From: a virus
Lineage: Duplodnaviria; Caudoviricetes
IMG/VR virus record: IMGVR_UViG_3300017700_000404
Location: 1 to 44,023 of that record
Strand: one strand, 5' to 3'
DNA: 44,023 nt
Shown here: one piece after another, positions 8,609 through 15,782 of the stretch
Layout: every line of letters begins with the position of its first letter
Numbering within the stretch: position 1 is the stretch's first letter
Program-made: the position numbers and the translations under genes
Notes under the pieces: model-generated
Told to the model about the DNA's origin: nothing
Seen by the model: only the letters and a program-made list of their open reading frames with translations
Databases searched by the model: none

Positions 8609-9036
8609 CAGATTCTCCCATACCAGATTTTACACACTGCTACTCGCTGACCACTGCTAAGGATATGCCTCACACTGACACCTACTTGCTTAGCGTTGTA
8701 AAGCATCCTAGGACAGCAGCCTTCATAGACCATCAGTTTCTGATCTAACTTCATAGTAGCTTCCGCAGAGAGGAACTGCTCTCCAGACATTACTACTATT
8801 GGGTTGATGCTGTAAAGTGGACTTCTCAGCACTTGCACTGGCAAGTAGAAACTGTGAAAGATAAAGTCAACATCACAGAACTCATACTGCTCAGTCATCA
8901 CTGAATCAATGCTAGTGGTTTGCTTGGTAGCAGCAATATCAGAGCGTGCAGGTGTGATAGCAGTCACTGATGAGGGGTAATTTCGCAGGTCCATGATATT
9001 AATCCTCAAAGTTACCAGATTCAGCTTGCTCATCAT
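8608..9036 (-). CDS. Hypothetical protein (start possibly ATG ~8994)
   Basis: ORF in operon. Confidence 0.6.
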   Translation of the reverse strand: MMSKLNLVTLRINIMDLRNYPSSVTAITPARSDIAATKQTTSIDSVMTEQYEFCDVDFIFHSFYLPVQVLRSPLYSINPIVVMSGEQFLSAEATMKLDQKLMVYEGCCPRMLYNAKQVGVSVRHILSSGQRVAVCKIWYGRI

Positions 9037-10330
9037 CCAACAAACTAGCAGCTACTGAGTCGGGAGCTACATAGTCAATGTCATTGATTCCTGGGTCATC
9101 TAATACATCATCAATATTAGCTTCCAGTAGGTCAGCAAAATCCTTGCTCCTGCCAGTATCCAACTTAGGAATAAAGCTAGCCTTGACAGTAGTTTGCTGT
9201 TGCTTATCCATAGCAGCATCACGATGCTTACCACTAGCATCACTACCATGAGTGAGTTTCCACTTAGCATGAGCTATCATCCAGTGGACTTTCTTAGCAA
9301 AATCTTTCAACTTAGGCTCAGCTTCATCAATCTCACCAGAGTCTGCTGCTGCTTGCAAGTCAGTAGGAACGAGTATCTCGAATGCCTCGAAGTGCTGCTC
9401 CATTGTCGTCCGCTTGCTACGGAGAACATCAAGGAAAGCATGGCTAACACTGCTGCCAGTAGGACACTCACTGACAACAATCTCCTCGAACAAATCAAGG
9501 TCAGCCATTGTGAAGTTAGTATCAAGAATGCTCTTGGCAAAGTAGAGAGTCTTCATCCAGCCTTCAGTATCTGGAGCGTAGCGCTTTGGCAAGTTAGCAA
9601 GGAACCAGCGCCAGAGAAGTTTCTGACTAACAGGACGCTTACCTGCTAGCTCATCACGAATACCTACCAGTGCTCGCTCAGCTATCAGGACTTTTTCTTC
9701 CTCAATCCGCTCACTGACAGCAGTCTCATACTGTTTCTTAGCATCCCAGCAAGTTTGCAAGAAAGCATGAATGTTGACACTGTTCTCTAGCTTTGAGATT
9801 CTGAGAGTAGGAAACTTGAAGCGTTGCGAATCAAGGTAGGCTTTCCAGTAGCTGAGACTGATAAGCGACTGCCAGTTGTTCTGCACTTCAATGAAGCTAG
9901 GCAACCATACTACATCCTGACGTACTTCTGTCAGTTGATGCATCAGTGCCAGTGCAGTAACTTGTAAGACCTGCTCCTGCTTGTGAGTTAGTGACTCATC
10001 GGCGGCTTCATCAGGTGAGAACCCACAGAATCTAATCCATGTATTCTTAGCAAACTGTAGCAGTGGGATGGGTGCCAAGCTAAACAGTGGATGCAGTACT
10101 TGCTGCTGTTTCCATTGTCCTAGCAGTGGGAGATAGCCAGCAACTGTGGGTAGTGTAAGACTGCCACAGCTAAGGCCAGTGTGCTGGCAAGTGAGTGCCA
10201 GTCGAAAGAACTTTTTGTTCTCAGCAGCAGTTGGGATAGCAGCTATTTCTTCTAGTGCTAGCTGTCTGTGAGCTTGCAGTGCTGCTGCTAGGGATGTAGC
10301 AGTTAAGCTACGTGTGGTGTTAGCGTTCAT
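8999..10330 (-). CDS. Large hypothetical early protein (443 aa) with acidic C-terminus
   Basis: Long ORF; no family recognised. Confidence 0.85.
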   Translation of the reverse strand: MNANTTRSLTATSLAAALQAHRQLALEEIAAIPTAAENKKFFRLALTCQHTGLSCGSLTLPTVAGYLPLLGQWKQQQVLHPLFSLAPIPLLQFAKNTWIRFCGFSPDEAADESLTHKQEQVLQVTALALMHQLTEVRQDVVWLPSFIEVQNNWQSLISLSYWKAYLDSQRFKFPTLRISKLENSVNIHAFLQTCWDAKKQYETAVSERIEEEKVLIAERALVGIRDELAGKRPVSQKLLWRWFLANLPKRYAPDTEGWMKTLYFAKSILDTNFTMADLDLFEEIVVSECPTGSSVSHAFLDVLRSKRTTMEQHFEAFEILVPTDLQAAADSGEIDEAEPKLKDFAKKVHWMIAHAKWKLTHGSDASGKHRDAAMDKQQQTTVKASFIPKLDTGRSKDFADLLEANIDDVLDDPGINDIDYVAPDSVAASLLDDEQAESGNFED

Positions 10331-10428
10331 TCAAGTTAGACCTCATTCCAGTTTTTCAAGTCCTGCAACATTGCAGTTCAAAGCAGCCAAGAAAACTAAC
10401 TCCTAGCTGCTTCAAGCTGCCTGCTGAG

Positions 10429-10662
10429 TTATTGCTCGCAGTGCTTAGTAGTTTGCCGTGCTACTGCACCTTCACCACAGGTGTACTCAGTCAGTGGCTT
10501 GTACTCGCCAGTAGTATGAATTGCGTTAGTAGCATGGAATTGCGGGGCTGGCATGTTACTGCCGGGCTTGCTTGCAGTTGCTGTGATGGTAGAGATAGCG
10601 AGAATGATAGCGATAAGCATGTTAAGCTCCAGTAAGTTGCGGGTTGAGAAAGAGAGAATCAT
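10429..10662 (-). CDS. Hypothetical protein with hydrophobic signal-like segment
   Basis: MLIAIILAISTITATA; start uncertain. Confidence 0.45.
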   Translation of the reverse strand: MILSFSTRNLLELNMLIAIILAISTITATASKPGSNMPAPQFHATNAIHTTGEYKPLTEYTCGEGAVARQTTKHCEQ

Positions 10663-11015
10663 TTAGGGACAGATGCAATCACTACTGCATCAATGTAGTG
10701 ACGAAGGGATTGACTGATGTACCTGCGTACCAATTGCTTGCGATGGTCAATGCGTACTGCATACACAATGCCATCTGGCTTAGCTAGCACTGCTCCAGCA
10801 AAATACTCTTGCACTTCAGTCAGCATCCAGCAAGCATCAACAATATCTTCTATTGTCATTTCATCTTGTCTGCCACAGCTGTTAATCCAGTTGCTAATGG
10901 CTACTTGTACTGGTTGCTTAGCTGCCCACTTAGGATGCTCAGGAACTGCTGCCATGCTGCTAAAGTTAGCAGTAGTTGTTTCACCAGCATTGGTGCGTTC
11001 GTTACCGTTGCTCAT
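10659..11015 (-). CDS. Hypothetical protein (probable start ATG 11015, MSNGNERT)
   Basis: GGGAG RBS before ATG 11015. Confidence 0.65.
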   Translation of the reverse strand: MSNGNERTNAGETTTANFSSMAAVPEHPKWAAKQPVQVAISNWINSCGRQDEMTIEDIVDACWMLTEVQEYFAGAVLAKPDGIVYAVRIDHRKQLVRRYISQSLRHYIDAVVIASVPK

Positions 11016-11016
11016 G

Positions 11017-11145
11017 TTAGTTACTCCCACTAGACATGAGGACAAGGATAGCAAGAATGCAAGCAACAGCAAGAATGACTTTGACAGTCACTGACAAGTG
11101 TTGCTCACTGCCTTCCAGTGTTGGAAGAGTTGTAGGTTTTTTCAT
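11017..11145 (-). CDS. Small membrane protein (42 aa), not in the ORF track
   Basis: MKKPTTLPTLEGSEQHLSVTVKVILAVACILAILVLMSSGSN; fills the gap between neighbours. Confidence 0.55.
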   Translation of the reverse strand: MKKPTTLPTLEGSEQHLSVTVKVILAVACILAILVLMSSGSN

Positions 11146-11147
11146 GA

Positions 11148-11507
11148 TTAAGCACCTTCTTTAGCAGTAGCTGCTTCTATTGCCTTGTCGAAGATGGCAA
11201 GTACTTGCTCATGAGTAGTGTTTGGGTTGTCATTGAAATCCATCAAGGCAACACCGTGTTCTAGATCTGCTGCTTTGCAGAGAAAGTCGCGAGTGAGTTG
11301 ATACATATCACTAGTGGGCTCTAGTTGTTTATTAGCTAACTCTTCCTCAGCTTTGCTAATAGCAGTGATAAAGCAATGCTGATCTGGTGGCATACTGGCA
11401 ACATTATGCCACCATTTATCTGGTGTGCTGACTAACTCCTTAGCAGCAATCAAGATCTGCTTTGGAGTTACTGCTGTTTGATTGGTATCCATGTTCATTT
11501 CCTTCAA
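11148..11507 (-). CDS. DUF6197-like hypothetical protein
   Basis: HCFITAI...FNDNPNTTHEQVLAIFDKAI motif; true start probably slightly downstream. Confidence 0.6.
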   Translation of the reverse strand: MKEMNMDTNQTAVTPKQILIAAKELVSTPDKWWHNVASMPPDQHCFITAISKAEEELANKQLEPTSDMYQLTRDFLCKAADLEHGVALMDFNDNPNTTHEQVLAIFDKAIEAATAKEGA

Positions 11508-11554
11508 GTTACGCCAGTAACTGACTGGCTCAGTTTCTCAAGTTGTCGCGGGAG

Positions 11555-11689
11555 TTATCCAAGATTATCTAACTTTCTGCCAGCATCTTGCAGCCACTCA
11601 CCTGCATCAATCAGCAGATCAGCAAGCATTGCTAGTCCTGCTCCAAGCAGGATAAGGATTGTAGCAATCCAGTAGTTAATAGTTCTCAT
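11555..11689 (-). CDS. Small membrane protein (44 aa), first gene of the leftward operon; not in the ORF track
   Basis: MRTINYWIATILILLGAGLAMLADLLIDAGEWLQDAGRKLDNLG; GAAGGA RBS. Confidence 0.55.
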   Translation of the reverse strand: MRTINYWIATILILLGAGLAMLADLLIDAGEWLQDAGRKLDNLG

Positions 11690-11789
11690 GCTGGTAGTTC
11701 CTTCAAGTTAGTTACTTACTCTGCTAGCAACATCAGTGTGTGGTATAAATACAACACTCCCAGGTGGCATAGCTTGTCCACCTGCATAC

Positions 11790-11818
11790 ATGGTACAGGA
11801 AAAAAGATTCACGGTCAA
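11790..11818 (-). promoter_or_regulatory. Sigma70-type leftward early promoter TTGACC-N17-TACCAT
   Basis: GGGGTTGACC...TACCAT, same GGGGTTGAC context as the 5454 promoter; followed by a CAGGTGG/CCACCTG hairpin. Confidence 0.65.
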
Positions 11819-11933
11819 CCCCTTATCTGCATTCTTAGCAGCAGAGTTACATTAGTTAGCTAGTTAGTTATTGTGATGCAACCTTACTTAGCCTCACAGA
11901 CTAGCAAAGCCAAGAGTTACTCCATCCATCGGA

Positions 11934-12297
11934 ATTCGTGCGTAGCACGTGTAGCACAGTAGCAGCGTGTCATACCCCTCACTTTCACACTTTCCTTGTG
12001 CTCTATTCACTGCTACTAGTTTCTATTCTTGCTGCTGTGCAGGGTAGTTTCCTTAGCCCCACAGACTATGCTACTATCTCCTCATACTTCAAAGTATCAG
12101 TTACTCCCTATTTGACAATGCTTCCTATATATTAACCCCACACTTAAAATTCAGAAAGAAAAATAGATAGGAATAATAGATAGTGAGGAATAGATAGCAA
12201 CAGAGAGAAACTAATAGACATGCAATTTCAAACCAATAGAGACACAAACAGAGCCCCGTGACACTGTGCTACGCTGCTACGCTTGCTACGGGCGAAT
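11934..12297. repeat. Imperfect inverted repeat of GTAGCA arrays flanking a skew-switch region (candidate origin)
   Basis: 11941-11973 cGTAGCAcgtGTAGCAcaGTAGCAgcGTGTCA versus reverse complement of 12258-12290 cGTAGCAagcGTAGCAgcGTAGCAcaGTGTCA. Confidence 0.7.
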
Positions 12298-12365
12298 CTT
12301 GTTTATTCTACGAAACTAACAGAACTAACCAACGAGAAACTTAAATCAGCAGTTACTAACTAATT

Positions 12366-12421
12366 AGCACTAAACTGGTGCAGAATCACCAAAATAGTGC
12401 AAAATGCACCAACATGAAACT
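12366..12421 (+). promoter_or_regulatory. Three NtrC-like enhancer sites
   Basis: AGCACTAAACTGGTGCA (12366), ATCACCAAAATAGTGCA (12385), TGCACCAACATG half-site (12405) versus consensus TGCACY-N5-GGTGCA. Confidence 0.6.
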
Positions 12422-12425
12422 TACT

Positions 12426-12470
12426 TGTGGATAAGTTGTATAACTTGCAGCTGTGGATAACTGAGGATAA
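12426..12470 (-). promoter_or_regulatory. DnaA-box cluster
   Basis: TGTGGATAA at 12426 and 12452 (perfect TTATCCACA on the minus strand); TGAGGATAA at 12462 (1 mismatch). Confidence 0.7.
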
Positions 12471-12476
12471 CTAGCT

Positions 12477-12489
12477 TAAGTGCTTGATT
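12477..12489 (-). promoter_or_regulatory. IHF binding site
   Basis: Minus strand AATCAAGCACTTA = WATCAANNNNTTR. Confidence 0.65.
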
Positions 12490-12529
12490 CTAAAGGACAT
12501 TTTAGTTAGTTAGAGAAACTGCTAAGAAC

Positions 12530-12545
12530 TGGCACACTGCTTGCA
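12530..12545 (+). promoter_or_regulatory. Sigma54 (-24/-12) promoter
   Basis: TGGCAC-ACTGC-TTGCA is a perfect TGGCAC-N5-TTGCW match, ~55 bp upstream of ATG 12599. Confidence 0.75.
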
Positions 12546-12598
12546 TGTATAACTGGGCTAGCAGCAATCACGCGACTAGCTAACTTGAAAGAACCATC

Positions 12599-13291
12599 AT
12601 GACTATCATCAATACATCTTCTGTCACCATTGACACCACAGTGCCAGCTATCACCATCGGCCAGATCATGCTGTCTGCTGACCGTCGCAGCACCAAAGAG
12701 AAACCACTGACAGACGCAGAGCGTATCCGTCGCGCTGTCCTGCCTGCTAACCACTGGGGAGAACTGGCAACTACCATCAATGGTGAGCGTAATCAGTCTC
12801 TTACTGATGTCCTGCGCACTGCGCTGCAAGGTATTGCCAGTGATAGGCTCCGGGATACTCTCGCTGCTGAGCCGATGGCAAAGACTATCGAACTGAAGGA
12901 CTATACTGTCCCTGCACTGCTGAGCTGGCAGGCTGACACTGCTAGCAGTCGTGGCAGTATCACATTCACACGGGAGCAGATTGAGAACTGGTTTGACAGC
13001 AGCAGCACAGCTACAGCTCTTATTGCCAAGTACACAGCAGCAGGCAAGACTCCAGCACAAGTAGCTACCTTGCTGCAGTTCGTTCGCAATCGTTTCGCTG
13101 CTACTGCTGCTAAGAATCACGGACTCAAAGAAGCTAGCGAAGCAACGAAACTCACAGCATTGATTGACGCTGCTGACCTGGACGGTAAGGATGCATCCTT
13201 GATGGTAGAACTCATGGGCAGACTGGAAGCTATCAACAAAGCACTGACTGCCAAGGCCAATGAAGCTACTATCAGCATGGATGACCTGTAA
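12599..13291 (+). CDS. Hypothetical protein (230 aa) ending ISMDDL
   Basis: Long ORF with its own promoter and terminator. Confidence 0.85.
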   Translation: MTIINTSSVTIDTTVPAITIGQIMLSADRRSTKEKPLTDAERIRRAVLPANHWGELATTINGERNQSLTDVLRTALQGIASDRLRDTLAAEPMAKTIELKDYTVPALLSWQADTASSRGSITFTREQIENWFDSSSTATALIAKYTAAGKTPAQVATLLQFVRNRFAATAAKNHGLKEASEATKLTALIDAADLDGKDASLMVELMGRLEAINKALTAKANEATISMDDL

Positions 13292-13398
13292 TGCACGCTA
13301 GCTACATCCCAGTAACCCGCATCGCACTGCTGACTGATAGCAAGGGCAACTTGATACCAGTGACCTATCGCTACAGACGCCGCATCGCTAGCAAGTAA
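13291..13398 (+). CDS. Small basic peptide (35 aa), not in the ORF track
   Basis: TAATG overlap; MHASYIPVTRIALLTDSKGNLIPVTYRYRRRIASK. Confidence 0.45.
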   Translation: MHASYIPVTRIALLTDSKGNLIPVTYRYRRRIASK

Positions 13399-13408
13399 CT
13401 AGCAGCTA

Positions 13409-13453
13409 GCCTCCTACCTCCCAAGTAACATTGACGGGGTAGGGGGCTTTTTT
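13409..13453 (+). terminator. Rho-independent terminator
   Basis: GCCTCCTACCTC...GGGGTAGGGGGC stem followed by TTTTTT. Confidence 0.7.
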
Positions 13454-13547
13454 AGAAGTTTGTCTACTAATCTCCTATCAGTACCTCTCCAAAATTACTA
13501 AATTTTTCTACTTCTTCCTTGATCTGCGAGTAACTGCTAGGATAGGG

Positions 13548-13586
13548 AATTCGCTAGTGGCAATGGAAGGGTGATTATGAGATGAT
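13548..13586 (+). promoter_or_regulatory. Candidate late promoter AATTCGCTA-N18-TTATGAGAT (copy 1)
   Basis: Same two 9-mers and spacing recur at 27725-27760. Confidence 0.6.
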
Positions 13587-13593
13587 GTTAATT

Positions 13594-14223
13594 ATGAGTA
13601 CATCCCTCCGAGAAAAGATTGTTAAATATCTAGCACAAGATATTCAGCAGTCTGTCGTAGCTAGCAGCTGCGGAGTTACACCCGCATACATCACGCAACT
13701 CCTGGACTTGCCAGAAGTAAGGGAAGAAATCAGCCTGCTAAAAGCTAAACGGCTGGAAGTTGCTATTGAGAATGATGATAACTTAGATAAACTGGAGAGT
13801 CGTGCGCTGCAGATGGTAGGGGATAAGCTGACATATGTAAAATCTGCTGTGGAAGCAGTCAAGATAGCACAGGCCTTGAACGGAATGAAGCGTAAAAATA
13901 CTGCTAGTGACCCAAGTGCTGATGCAGTTGCTGCTCAACAAGTAACTATTACCATTCCTCGAGGTGCTAATCTGCTGTTCAAGCTGAATGAGAATAATCA
14001 GGTGATTGAAGTAGAAGGACGCACCATGGCACCACTACCAAGCAAGGCACTTCCAGGACTGCAAGCAAGATTGCATGATCCTAATGTGTTAGATGTTGCA
14101 TTGAACGGGCCCGCGAAGCCAGTAACTCACAAAGAGAAGCAGGATCAGAAAGATTCAGCTCGTGCCACTGAGATTCTCCGTGACATGACAATGCACATGG
14201 ATGGAGTAGCAATTGTCCTTTGA
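13594..14223 (+). CDS. Putative terminase small subunit (N-terminal HTH)
   Basis: QSVVASSCGVTPAYITQL HTH; directly upstream of TerL; start 13582 or 13594. Confidence 0.65.
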   Translation: MSTSLREKIVKYLAQDIQQSVVASSCGVTPAYITQLLDLPEVREEISLLKAKRLEVAIENDDNLDKLESRALQMVGDKLTYVKSAVEAVKIAQALNGMKRKNTASDPSADAVAAQQVTITIPRGANLLFKLNENNQVIEVEGRTMAPLPSKALPGLQARLHDPNVLDVALNGPAKPVTHKEKQDQKDSARATEILRDMTMHMDGVAIVL

Positions 14224-15766
14224 TCCTTCTACTATTGTTGTAGAAGAACCTGATGAGTTTCAGGATGATTATGTTGAGCCTACTTTTGAAGCAGCTGCTA
14301 GTCGTGGAGAGTTGGTAGAATCCTGTCGAGATAGTCTTGACTTTTTAGCGGCGATGGTGCTGACAGAGATCTACGCTTATGGGTATCCAGCTCCATTGAA
14401 AGCTGCATTCCAGATGATTTCTGCAGCAGCAATGACACTAGTAGGTAAGCCAAAGTATGCTATTGGTATTCCTCGTGGATTTGCTAAGACTATCATACTT
14501 AAGTTGTACGTAGTCTGGCTGATACTCTTTTCTGATAGAAGGTTTATCCTAGTAGTTTGTAATACGGCTAGTCATGCTGAGAACTTTATCGCTGACGTAG
14601 CTGACATGCTCAGTAACAGCAACATCGTTAGCATCTTTGGGGATTGGCGAGGTCCAACTGGTAAGCCTGAGAAAGATCGGCAGGAGTTAAAGAAGTTTCA
14701 CTTTCGTGGAAAGGATATCATACTAGCAGGTATCGGCAGTGGTGGATCTGTGCGGGGACTTAACATTAAGTTCCGTCGTCCTGACATTGTGCTAATGGAT
14801 GACATGCAGAACAGGGAAGAAGCAGAGAACCCAGATGTAGCTAGTGCTATGTTCGATTGGATGCTTGGTACTTTGATGAAAGCCTGCCATCCTCAGAAAT
14901 GTGTGTTCATTTTTGTTGGCAACATGTATCCGTTCCAAGGAAGTATCCTGCGGAAACTGAAACACAGCAAAGAATGGATAAGTTTCATTACTGGCGGTAT
15001 TCTTGCTGATGGAGATTCTCTCTGGCCTGAACATCGTAGCATCCAAGACTTGCTGCAAGAGCTAGCATTTGATACTGAGCAAGGTCGTCCGCAGCTGTTC
15101 TTCTCAGAAGTTATGAATGACGAGGAATCTGGAACAGTGAGCGGTATTGATGTGAGTAAGATTCCTGAATGTCCTCAGCACTTAGATGGTGCTCAAGCGC
15201 AAGGTGGAATGGTAATCATTGATCCCTCTCTTGGCAAGAAGACTAGTGATGATGTAGCTATTGGAGCGGTGCTGATATTTGATGGTATCCCAGTTCTGCG
15301 AGAGATTGATGTAGGTAAGTTTAGTCCCGGAGCAACGATTACTAAATCGACTTCCTTAGCAGCAAAGTACAGTATGCAATTGATAGTTGCTGAAGGTGTA
15401 GCATACCAAGCCACTCTTGCTTACTGGTTTACTTTCATCTGGACGCAAATGGGTATCAAAGGATTTATCATTGGACTAGTGAATCCTGCTGGCATGTTGA
15501 AGAATGCTAGGATTGTAGCAATGTTTAAATTGTTGCTATCTGGCAAGATACTGCTACATAAGGATGTTCGTTCTGCTGTTATCTACCAGATTACTCAGTT
15601 TAATCCGCTCAAGACTAAGAACGTAGATGACTTACTCGATATTCTTGCTTACATCTACAAGGTGATGGAAGAAAATGAGATGCATCTTCCACTGATGATT
15701 ATGGATAACTGGCAAGAAGAAATGCCAGCAGCTTCGCATGATGATGGTCTTTTAAACTACGGTTAA
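14213..15766 (+). CDS. terL: Terminase large subunit
   Basis: IPRGFAKT (Walker A), SVRG...RPDIVLMDD (Walker B), VGN coupling motif, IIDPS and DDLLD nuclease motifs. Confidence 0.92.
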   Translation: MSFDPSTIVVEEPDEFQDDYVEPTFEAAASRGELVESCRDSLDFLAAMVLTEIYAYGYPAPLKAAFQMISAAAMTLVGKPKYAIGIPRGFAKTIILKLYVVWLILFSDRRFILVVCNTASHAENFIADVADMLSNSNIVSIFGDWRGPTGKPEKDRQELKKFHFRGKDIILAGIGSGGSVRGLNIKFRRPDIVLMDDMQNREEAENPDVASAMFDWMLGTLMKACHPQKCVFIFVGNMYPFQGSILRKLKHSKEWISFITGGILADGDSLWPEHRSIQDLLQELAFDTEQGRPQLFFSEVMNDEESGTVSGIDVSKIPECPQHLDGAQAQGGMVIIDPSLGKKTSDDVAIGAVLIFDGIPVLREIDVGKFSPGATITKSTSLAAKYSMQLIVAEGVAYQATLAYWFTFIWTQMGIKGFIIGLVNPAGMLKNARIVAMFKLLLSGKILLHKDVRSAVIYQITQFNPLKTKNVDDLLDILAYIYKVMEENEMHLPLMIMDNWQEEMPAASHDDGLLNYG

Positions 15767-15782
15767 GTTACTTAGGAACAAC

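Noticed and set aside
12506-13120. 204-aa minus-strand ORF and the 11938-12135 ORF in the control region
   Set aside because: The first is antisense to 12599-13291; the second overlaps repeat DNA and lacks an RBS
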